Positions 37,801 to 49,800 of a stretch of 64,000 nt of DNA are shown here, piece after piece. Made by a program: the position numbers and the translations under genes. The number at the start of each line of letters is the position of its first letter. The stretch's first letter is position 1. The notes under the pieces are model-generated. The model was not told the DNA's origin. It did no database searches and was given only the letters and a program-made list of their open reading frames with translations. Source of the stretch: Laetmonice hystrix (lineage: Eukaryota); the NCBI GenBank assembly GCA_965235115.1, contig OZ249436.1:12774001-12838000 (forward strand), written 5' to 3'.

Positions 37801-40800
37801 GTATGTCTTCCTATCAATATATCAGAAACGTATCCCTTGATTTAATGAACATGGAGTATTCAGGCCCCCTACCAATTTGATACTCCAGTGTTCTCCTCAG
37901 GATGAAAAGTGGCACTGGTCGTGTCCCACATGCAGCACAATAGTTCGCCAAAAGGTGAACCTGATGCTGATGAAGGCCTGACAGAGGGAGAGGACGGGAG
38001 GGGGGTACTCTACCTCTCGTGGGGGGGGGGGGCTCTCCAAAGAAAATATTTGTAAATAAGACTCCAAATGTTGTATATTGACGCTTTTCTAGGTAAAATT
38101 AAACTCTTTGGCCAGTCTGAATTTTTACTGAAAAACTGAGTAAAAAAGAAAATTGGGAAAAAAAGGGAAAGGTAACTTATATAGTAAGGGAACACTACTT
38201 CCTGATGGCATTTTGAATCTCATTTGTACTTCACGTTAAAAGTCCATGAAATAGAGATAAGTAAAAGTGTTGCCCAAAATTGATGTTCTCCATGCAAATG
38301 CCTGATGACTTACCCTACCCTTTTGTTTCTGACTTCACAGAATGCTGGAGCTATCATTGGCAAAGGTGGCTCAAACATCAAGAGGCTGAGAACAGACGTG
38401 AGTACTGACACATTTGACACATCAAACCCCAGTAGGGTCTCAGCAGCCCAAGGTGACTGCGGCTCAGTCGACTCTGATTCCCTCAGTGATCTAGAGATCA
38501 TATCTGAGGACAGTACACAGCCTTTGTGTAGAGTATGAGGAGAACGCAGCAGAGCTTAACTGTACCCACAAGTCCTCCATTTCCCAATGGTCGATGATAT
38601 GCAGCTATGAAATCCAGTAATAATAATTCATAAAGAGAACTCGCTAGAAGGATCGACAGTTATAATAGATACAGTGGATTTTTTTTCCTCTATTACTGTT
38701 TCTTTTTTTTTCTTTATTCTTTTTAATATAAGTCTCAAATAAAGTAACTTGGAGAGGGCTTTCCCAGTAGAATGAGGGAGAATCCCGCCTATTTCTGTAG
38801 AAGTAGATTCGAAGAAAGGAATACCCTAAAATAGACTCTAGATTTTATACAATATTGAATAATAATGACTATAGTGAATTGTTCCATTGTAATGCCCTAT
38901 TGTTTAATGATCAATCAGTTTGCTCAATGCTAAAGTTTATCAACCCTTTGCATGTTGGTTCTAGATAAATTCAGATAAAAAAGATTTGAGATTAGTTTAT
39001 TTTTTGTGGAAAAGTAATTTGAATGCCCCAAAATTCCGAATGTTTAATGCATTGTATACCATATCAGATTTTGTATTTGAAGACAAAATTTCTGTTTCTC
39101 TCTGGCTTTAAATTTTGCCTCGATAGTGTCTTTGGCATGAATAATTTTGACATTTTCCAAATTAAATATTTTTCCCGACTTGTTGCCATGCAAAGGGTTG
39201 CGTAATGTCCTTTCCAGCAGGAATTGAATGTCCTCTTTATACAGAATATGAAGCCCTCCACCCCAGCAGTCCAGAGGTATCCCAGTTGACTTACCAATTG
39301 CCTATATTTATTGCTAATTTACTCTAATGACTCATTATTATTATCTATCTTACATCCAGAGAACCAGACCTTTGTGCACAGATGCCCACCATTGTCCCAG
39401 ACCTGATAATGCTTTGATGCTTCCATGTCTTGTCTAGACTAAAAAGCAAGCAGAAAGTTGCCTCTTTTGTCGAAATGTCTTAAGGTTTAAATGAATCCAT
39501 GCAGATCGGTAAAGCTATAAATCCAGTTAGCAAAGTCGTATGGGTCCACTGTTAGACAAGGAGCTCTAAAATCCGTCTTTTTTACTTCATAATCGGTATA
39601 ATGTTTATTTTAAAGTTTATAATTTAGAAATAGATAATTATTTTGGTTAAAGTAGTGAATCCTTAGATTTCTTTCTCTGTATATAATACATGTTGAAAAA
39701 TAGTTTCCTCTTAGTTTATGGGTCCTCTAGAAGCCCCTCAGTTTCTCGTATCAGTGGTGATAAAAAAAGAGACGGATATATCCAAGTCTGTTGGTAACGT
39801 TCCAGAGACTTCTTGGAAACCTGCTTCTTTCTCCTTTTTTCCCTTTAATCCAAACTTTCTTACTTAATTTGAAATAAGTATTTTGATTTACAGCTTCTTT
39901 GCTTTTGTTTTCATTTCATGTCCACTTACCTGGCTCGCTCATTAGTGGTTAATGATTTAATTAATACTCGACTGTTTCTTATTATTATTACATTACAATA
40001 AACTTGATGCTTATGAAGCCTTTTTCCATTTTTATATAGGGAAGTGTGCCCCGTATAGAGGGCATGAGGCCCTGAAACCCCAGCCCCGCTGGTTCCTGCC
40101 TGATTTGCTGTGTACTTTAGAGAAAGTTATCTAGGTCCGGGGTCCACCCACTGGTGTCCATCTCCACGGCCTATGTCCAGCCCCGACCGACGCCGCCCGC
40201 CGTCATAAGACTGCTGTATGCTGCTCACTGTTTGCTGTTTGTGGTCAGGCCCGGGTCTGGGCCCGAGCCTCCTCTGGGTGCTAGGGATGGACGGCGGCGT
40301 GGCCGCTCACCCTGCAAGGTCCGACCTCCCTCCTCCATGGGGTTCACTGTGTTCCAGGAAAAAGCCCGTCGCCCCAGCCATGAGAGTGGGGCCTCTGCCT
40401 CCGGTCTGTCCACTCTCTCCAGTCCGAGACCTGTTGCTGTACTACTATTACTACTACAATATGCCATGCTGTGATGATAATGATGATGATGCTCTCTCCC
40501 TCTCTCACACCAGTTATGATCGTGATATCTATATATACCAGTAGATATACCGCTCTGCTGTATGTGTACATATGCATATATTATGCCATATGTGTGCTGT
40601 CAATGACCAGCATTCCACTTCAGATGTACTCATAATAACGTATTGTATTATATATCTACGTTGTGTCCTGGCCCGGCCCGTTTCTGACTGCCCGTTGGTC
40701 CACGCCCCTCAATACACTACAACACCACCACAAAATGTTGATGAATCCAACAAAATGGCATATGGCTATGCCCGTATTCCCTGACCTTGGATCGTGTCCA

Positions 40801-43800
40801 TCCATCCACCACTCAACTGCCCTATCCTTCGTCCTGGGCAGTACAAAGCAAGCGTTACGGTCCCCGATAGCAACGGCCCCGAACGGTATGCACACCATAC
40901 GTTCTAGCTACTCTACTACTATACATACATGCCACAACTGTTGGTTACTTTTGTTGTTATCTATTATAAAGCCAGATCTTGGCAGCACCGCCATGTACCC
41001 TTTGGGAGGACTTGAGCCAACAGCGCCCCCTAACGAGATTTTTGCTGTTACTTGATTTATTTGGGAGCAGTGTTTTGTAGAAGACAATCGGTATTATGTT
41101 TGCATATATAGCATTAGCAGTTTTCATAGGAGGGATTTCTGTAACAATGACAGCACGAATGCCATGACATGGCTCTTCCAACATGGTCTTTGACATTTTA
41201 ACATTTCATAAAACAGTCGGTGTTGAGGAAATAGGTGGCCCTGTTCCTCTTTTTTTGTACCTAGTAACTCAGTGCGTCATTGTTCTGATGCGGCATTTAC
41301 TCTTTGAAATCAGTGATCCCCCTTCGTGTTTTTTCACTTTAGTTTTTTATAACCTCTTAGTGTAATATGGCAATATAATGCTGCATTTGACTCAGGTAAC
41401 GACGAACAAATAATTTCTCTTGTTAATATCTTCAGTCCGCTGTCCGAATGATTACTGTATTGTTTTGGTGTCAAGACTTTTTTGTAGAAGACAGAAGTAT
41501 TTTCATTAGAATCCCTCTGTACTAGTCCCTAAGATCCCCAACCTTTAAACCAATTACCGGTAGATTAATAGATGTATCATAGATACTTGTCCGCCTGTTA
41601 AGAATTTGGACAGAAATTTTGAACCAGATTCCCCCATGAATGCCAATGATTATCTAGTAGATGCATTTTGGAAGCCCCAAATTCTTGTTGCGCTGTAGCT
41701 CACTAACAAACCTGTTTTAAAATTAGATGCAGGGTTGGGGGGTAAGGTAGGTCAAAGTTAAAAAGGTGGGTATCCATGTAGGTGGCGCTGTTGTAGGGTC
41801 ACTAATAGGGCATTGCTGTGGTATCTAGTGTTTGCTCAGCTTCTTTTTTCGTCAGAAATAGAGATAAGAACCCAACAGTAAATCTTGCAGTAGAAGTGGT
41901 GTTATTTTTTCATTTAAAGAAACATAAAGATGACTGAGTATAAAGGTATTTAAGCAACAGGCTACAGTTTCTGATTTAAGGCCAGAAAACTTGTTAAAAG
42001 ATAAAGGGAAAAGGTTATATCAGAAATACCTCGTGGTACACATGAACTTATCAGTTCCTCCTTTCACCAGTTCAGTAGTTATGTAATTTATATCTAATGA
42101 TTTACGGTACTTCACAGTGTTTGGCAGTGCAGCGTTTTCTAGGCACAACAGGGGTCTGCCCTGTCACAGAATCTTTAACTTTTCTCACCAACTCGTCCGA
42201 GTTTAGATAGAAGAAATAAATCATGATGGGTCTCATGCTGTTCTACTCCGCTGCTTCTATGAAACCTTCAGGAGGCTAGTATTTGTTAGTTTAAAGGATA
42301 TATATCCGGGGAGGATACATTGTTGGTACACTTTAATACAATTGTCCCCTTATTATTTGGGGGCACTACTACATTTATGTGGCATTATGGCCGCCGGTGG
42401 TGGTTGATTAGAATGTAGCGCAGTGGACATGAGTTGGGTTTGGGAGACTGTAGAGAATATACTGGGATCGTCAAGGGGTAACAAATTTCACGTGCCTTGA
42501 TGGCCAGGGGGAATGTGCGAAGGTGTGTCAGTGCCATCTCGCAGGTGTGATGCGGTTGCACCTCTAGGTTACAGTGCACCTTGGTGGGAGGTTCCTTCAG
42601 TCCCCGCTTTATAATACTCGGCTAATCCAACCCCATAGATATCTGAGCTCTTGTCATGCAGTATGTTGCCACAGTCGCCTGGCCTTCTACCACCTAGTAC
42701 CGATGTTCTCTTTATTGTTACCATCTCAAAACCACCTGTCCCAGTCATTATATTCTTATCCAGTGATCAAACAATAATGATGCTTGAAAGTTATTTCAAT
42801 CTGTTAAGATTTTACAAGAGAAAACAGAGAAAAAAGATGTAAACAGTCCTTGCATGTAAAAATAAATACCCATACTTTTCGACATTCTTGAAAAAGGGAC
42901 CTTTTTATAAGTGATTAAAAGAATATGCACAGAATTAAGCGATACCATTCAGAAAACAAAACTTCGTGGATGCCACCAAGGATTCCAGTTTCTGGCTTTT
43001 AACAAGTGGGGGTTCTCTGCACCTAAATTTTACCAAGCATGCCCATGCCGTTGTGACATGTTTTTGCTTTACTTTAATTTCCCCACTACACTAACTGTAA
43101 TTTTTTTGGTCTCAATGGTCATGGTGTCCCACGCCAGTGTGTGATCTCTCACTACATTTTTTTATGTCAGCTCTGATCCTATTTGGATAATAGAATCTAA
43201 AATATTAGTATAAACCCCAAAAGTCCTAAATTAAAGTCCCTTGTTATAGCAGCTGTTCAATAGAATGATTCCTAAAGAACACATGGTGTTGTTTTTCTGT
43301 TTTTGCAGAATTCTTACGGTCGGGGCTAATCTTGGCACGGTGTGCGAGATTTTGCTTGACCTCATCCCAACGCTGGAGGACGTAAGTTCAGAAGTAAATA
43401 TAGTGTTCCATACCTCTCGTAGCGATCTAACCGCCATGTTCACCCCACTAGCACATCTACAGCAAGCAGCCATAGTTTGTTCCCGCTCTTAAGGCAGCAC
43501 CAATTGGTATGGTCAGCGGTTAAGGTACCTGCTACATTTACTTGTAATAGTGAATTTTCCCATACATAATTCTCAGTCTTTGATCGTTTTAATCTTGAGG
43601 CATATCAATCACGTTGAGTTTATTCATGCGAATTTACTGTTTAATGATCTCGTTATGGGTGGAACTGAAAACAGGTGTTGGTGTTTGAAACAACAGCTCA
43701 GTTTTCTGACGAGTAAACAGTAGGACACCTGATGGTATGCCTTTGAGGTTGATTGATTAATAGACAAGGCCAATGTCTGTGCAGACAGTGATAAGTGTCC

Positions 43801-46800
43801 AGATTAAGGTGGCCTTCCTGTCATACCCTCCCCCCTCCGCGACACCTCTTTTTCTGCCAGTGCTTTTTGGGTGAACCAACGGTTCTAGACAGGAGGAACT
43901 AGTAAACTGAAGTGAGCATTTTTACCACATTTTCAACGAAACTGAAATTATTTTTCGGCAGGTAAATTACTTTAAACCTTGGAATAAACAAAAAAACATT
44001 TCTGGCTAGTTGTACTTGATCAGAGATGAAACTATTTGGAGTGTCGTTTTAAGTGCGACTATTTACCTGAGCTCTGTATTTGGTGGTGTGTTTGTTGATC
44101 GCAGTTTTGTTGTATACCAACAGTTCCTCCTGTGCAGTGTAGTTATTGTCATCATTACTGTTTGTGATATCTGTTGATGCTTTATGTGACGATGTCTAGC
44201 TCCCTGATAGACACATAATATGAAAGCTCTTTAATACGTACACGGTTCAGGATACGAACGCCATCGTTATGCACACATGTCAAGATACCAATGCCTTTCC
44301 CATATATGCAAGACACCAATGATTTCCTGGTGCGCATAGGATCTCATTGGCTTCCTGACATATCCAGGACACATGTGCTGTCCTGATTGTTACAAGCTGG
44401 CAACTGGCCCTGATAAAGGGCAAGGTATTGGGGATGATCTTAGGCTAGTTGGAAGAAAGTTCTGTTGGTGGGCCAGGTGGAAACCACAGAACATTTATGA
44501 GCATAATGATGAGGACTGAAGCGTCTGATATCAGACAGGCGGGCGTGGTAGAGTGTTTCAGGCCAACTCTCCAAATATTAAAACACTTTTTTTACCTCTG
44601 CTTGACACTATAACAGTTGACCAGCTACAACAGAAAAATTTAGTTTTTGGAAAGAAGCCGCGGGTATTGAGTAAGAAGTGCAGCGTGAAGGTGACTTTTG
44701 TGTCAGGGCGTGGTGTCGGTTTGAACCACGCCCAACCTTGTGCGGCAGTGAGGACATGGACCTCAAGAGGCTGGGTGTACGGCAAGGTTGGAGGAGCGAG
44801 AGGAGACACTGTTGGATAGCCTGCCACAGGGCCACCGCCCAGCCCCTGCCAGGTGAACGGGTGCAATCAACTTGAGCAGGTGCTCACGGAGGTGGAGCGG
44901 TACCGGTGGAGCCAACCCCGTGCCCGCCGCCACCGCCCGGCCTCGTGGCTGATGGTGGGAGGAAAGGCCATCGGAGCGGAGCAGTGTCAGTCCTGGCGCA
45001 TCGATTGAAACAGACCTTGTGTCACGTTCACCAGGACATGACCAGTCATTCTCCTGCTGCTCAGATCACATCATAAATGATGAACGATATTCGGGGGGAG
45101 GGGGGGGGGGAAGGCAGCCTCCAAGCACTTGGCTGTACATCAAGACTTAGGTTGTGCACTGTATTTGTAATAGCAAAACCGTAATTTTATCAGTAAATAG
45201 AACCTGAAGAAAACATTGTATCTTAGATCATGTATATTGGGTGCTGTATCTGTATCCTGCCTCGTTCACAGTACCTAGTTTGATTGTGGTGGGGGGGGGG
45301 GGGGAGATCATATCGATGACCTGAGCGGATCCAGGTCAGGGTGATTGCAGTGCAGATGTTCCTTGGCAAGGGAAGCAGGATGGGGGGGGGTGTCGTTCTC
45401 CACCCCAGTCATGCACACCTGGGGTATCCATCTAGGGCACGCACATGCCTTGGTCTGGGCTCGCTGTTTAGTGCCAAAAAGTCATGTCGTCATGTCTCTA
45501 TACAAAACAAAAATCGATTACTGATTGAAGGAGAAAATAGAAGCCGTTGTGAAGGGAAAATGTTGAAAGCCCAGGAGGAGAGACGGCCTTAGACTGAAGC
45601 CCCAGAGTGGCCAACAGGCTGTTTAATGATGTTTTTCAGAATGAATATAGGGTAATGTCATGTCGGTGAACTCTCAATAAGGACTTAGACTTACTCAAAG
45701 TGGTTTTTAAAAACCTGTGATGTATGGATACGTCAGAGCAGAGAGCCTCACCCCAGACAAGGAAAGGTCTCAGCTAGAGATGCTTGGCTCTGTATAAGCT
45801 ACACACTGTCTAAACTAACCTGTCCACCGAGCCTGCCCCTAGTGGTTGTGTGCAGCGTAAGGTGCTATGTAGAAAGTGTTTGGACCCTTTAGGCTATACA
45901 GAGAAGCACAGTAAAATTTCTGACACTTTTCCCTCACTTTGTCTGGATTTGTTGTTGCAGTGTCAAATATGCCATAAATATATTGTATGCAAATGGAAGA
46001 TGCAGTTTAAAAATAAGTAAAACAAATGAATAACTCGTTTTAACATAAGTGGTTAATTTCACCCATTTATTTGCAAAACAAAGAACAGCGATTTTTATTT
46101 GTCCTGTGCTGTTTGTAAGAGGCAATGTAATGGTGGAAATGACAACGACACAGGTAAAGTGTGATTTTTTTTTTAACAAAGGGAAACCTGGAACTTGGCA
46201 TCAGCAGAAGTTCCACGCATGAATCTGCAAAATTCCTAATATGGTATCCGTTTTACTTTGCAGTATCAAAGTTACAAGAACTTGGACTTTGACTGTGACC
46301 TACGTATGCTGGTACACCAAAGCCAGGCTGGTTGTATCATCGGCAGAGCCGGTTTCAAAATCAAGGAACTCAGAGAGGTATGTTGTCGCAAGGTATTAAA
46401 AGTATTCTGTTTTTGAAGAAAAACAAAGATTAAGAGTCAAGATGTTGCATAGTGTGTTTGTGCAGGTGTTGCCTCCAGTGAAGGACTGGTGTGTGTTAGA
46501 TTGATTACCACAATGATTTCGCCAAGTATGTGCCGTGGGACCTGTACATATGTAGGATGAGGCTGGTTTAGAAGTAGACCATAATGTACCGTTGTTATTT
46601 ACTTTGCAGGAGACTGGTGCAAACATCAAGGTGTACTCCCAATGTTGTCCTCAGTCGACAGAGCGAGTTGTTCAGCTGACAGGCAAACCACACGTCGTCA
46701 TCAACTGCATCGCCACAATCTACGACCTGCTTCAAACAGTAAGTCAGGTTCCTGCTGCCCACCTGTTTAAGCAGGCTTGGCGATAGCCAGAGAGGCACAG

Positions 46801-49800
46801 GTATATTCTGAGTTTTGGTTGCACCCAACATTTCCTCAGATTACAAGCCTGTTTCAGGACTTTTAATAGGTGAAAGTATTAAAGTAAACTTGGATAAGGT
46901 GAGCATATTAGGAAACGTTTGCCATTTGCCCACAGGCTCCACCCAAGGGATTCAGTAGTCCATACGACCCCCATAATTACGACGAGTTCTATGCTCACGA
47001 GTATGGAGGCTTCTCTGGAGCAGAGAGCAGCCGTCGCGGAGGTCAGGGTGATGGTGTGGCTACCGGACGGGGTGGACGAGGCGGCAGTCGGGGCAGGTGA
47101 GTAACAGAGGCCAGCTTTTGTTTTATAATATGAAAGACTAATCTCACTTCTGCTCTGACATATATCTGTCATTGCTTTACTGCATTCTTCTATTAATTTT
47201 GTGGTTTCCATGCTGTTAAATGGAAGGTGCTCTTTTTTTCCATGCAAGTCTGATTCATGGCTTCTCGAGCTGTTGTCTGTTTACTGTTTGCTGATGGTGT
47301 TTTATGCATTATTTCAGGGGCCGTGGTATGGGAGAAGGTGGCTTTGGGATGCGTGGTGGCCGTGGAGGCTCAGGCATGGGTATGGGCGGAGGAATGGGAG
47401 GACGTGGCGGCAGCATGGGCAGTATGGGGGCAGGCATGAGAGGAGGCATGGGAAGCCGAGGCAGCATGGGTGGCCGCGGAGGCCCCGGTGGTCGTGGAGG
47501 ATTTGGCAGGTGAGTGAAAGTCATGCTGAGGTTTGGCTCTTTGACCAGACATCACTCTGCATTAAATATATATTGAAGAATGTTTGATTTACATTTCAAA
47601 TTCTTCATCATGAGAAAACAAAATGAAAAGTATGGGTTAAAATGGCCATCACCATATATTCTACATAATATATGGTCGTTATAAAACAAAATGAAAAGTA
47701 TAATTTGAAAGGCAACACCACAGATTCTAGATGATATCTGGTCAAAGATACAATTAAGTCCCGATAATATCGGTTAGTACTGTGCAATTCTTTACCTGCT
47801 GAGTCCAGAGAGTGAACTGTGATGATGCCAGTAGATAATAATAGATAGTTGTATTACTTGCTCGCCGACACTCTATGCACACAATAAATATACACATGAA
47901 CATACTATGAATTCTTCCCCTGCGTGCCGCAATGTGCTGGCATAATTGACAAGAAAGGGACTACAGCCCAATCCTGATAAACTCTCTTCTCTTCCTCAAT
48001 AGTTCCTTCCAAAGCAGGAACGAAGAAAGCAGGTAAGCTGCTTTAGTCCAGTCCAAAACCTAACCCATCATGCACTAATAATCTTTTCACCTTTGGCATT
48101 TCTATCAAAGAAAGCCTGTCGGGGCTCGTCTCTTACCTGTCTTCTTTGAAAGAAATTTTGTCTTAAGGAACATCACATATATAGTTGTCTACTACCCCAA
48201 GGAAGAGGTCGACTTTCATCTCTTGTTTTGTCGAGATGGTGACATTCAGAATGGTTCCAAAAAAGAAGTGCATATTGCTTAAGTGTGCTTTCCAAATTTG
48301 ACCCAGACCAAGCCAAGTTCCAGTCCAGCAATGTTACCATTAACTTTAAGGCTTACCCAGCCGTGTACATCCACAGAAATCCCTCCCCAGTAACCCGACC
48401 GCCAACCGTAGTATGGGTGTGTGTGTATAATATACATGACAGCAGGGGATTCAAACCCTGCATGTATTACTGCCTTTGGCCAAGGTGCCATTCTTTCATC
48501 TTAAATCATGCACTTGCTGTTCAAGAATACTTCGTTATGACCCTGACTTGCTTGAAAACACCCTTAGGGCAAATTGTTTGAAACCACATTAATATAGTAG
48601 TAGACAGGTACTTAACGGTGGAGAGTGTCCTAGTGGTATGAGTAGGCTGATGGAGGTGGAGGATACACGATTTTAGAAATCACCATTTGATGTTGCATAA
48701 TTTCATTTAGAACTTTACACGTGACCAAGGTATGAAGATGTCGCGTTGTTGAAAACCACGTCACTGGGTCGTGGGGCTGTTTGGCAGTTTGCAGCGATGT
48801 GTAAACGTATTGTCATTTCCCTCCTTTCAGGGGAAGATCAGAAGGCGTAGCATCACTCATGCAAGGATCTTCACAAGACATGGGGTAAGATTTTTGTTCT
48901 TCATAGCAATTAAACATTAATCGAGAACTTTAAAGGTTTCAGTTAAAATTCCCCCCCCCCCCCAAAAAAAAAACTGGGGATAATGTTAGTGCATCGATTT
49001 TGATATATAGGCTTCAAGCCATGCTTCAAATTTATGACACGTTATATGTTATCTCTGACAGAGGTGGCATGAATGGCTATGGAGGCAACCGCGGCGGAAA
49101 CATGGGAGGTGGAATGGGTAAGTCTGGTTTTGCATTTGCGTTTCCAAATATAGTATACAGTGGTCCCCCTCTTAAAGACCACCCCTTATAAGCGACCACT
49201 CGCCTCTAGCGACCGCATTTCCATTGCATTAACCACTTCACACTATAATTCCACCCCTATAAGCGACCACCCGGCACTAACGACCAGCGACCGGCATATC
49301 CCTGCATCAACTCCACTGGTCACCCCTTATCAGCAACCAGCCTTTGAGAATCAGCCAGCCGTGGCTAGTCATAACACTTGTCTCCCCATGCCCGCCTGCC
49401 TGGCACCCTGCTGACCTAACACCAACACCGCCCCCCACCCACCCACTTCCATCCCACAATGGCCGGCCACGTGTCTCACCTTACCCGCCCGACTTCCATC
49501 ACACGGCCCAACCAATCTAATTAAAATTAGATCTTGGTATTCCGCGTCTCTCTCGGCTGTGTCAGTGTTGCCGCGCTCCATATGAGCGCATGCGAAATAA
49601 CTAAGACCTAATTTTAATTAGATTGACGGCCCAACCTTCCATCACACTTTAAGCTAACGGTTTTGCTCCCCCTCCTACTACCATGCCTGTTGAAAAAACG
49701 GTATGTCACCAACTGGCTGGTTGAAGCAACAAAATGTCTGAGGCAAACCAGACTCATGTATACACAGGTGCAGAGTACGATTTCCTACATATATGCCGTC

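Noticed and set aside
39245..39276. 32-nt phase 0-2 segment that could substitute for the 44-nt KH1 exon (mutually exclusive pair)
   Set aside because: The in-frame peptide [11 protein letters not shown] has no similarity to the KH beta strand, and the donor GTATCC is weak.
39924..39934. ACTTACCTGGC resembling the U1 snRNA 5' end
   Set aside because: The match stops after 11 nt, with no U1 stems or Sm site.
47309..47524. Proline-rich minus-strand ORF
   Set aside because: It is the antisense shadow of the Gly-rich hnRNP K exon.
48441..48461. T-loop/B-box-like hairpin (also at about 8574-8600, and an A-box-like piece at about 43505)
   Set aside because: No cloverleaf can be built; at most these are decayed SINE fragments.
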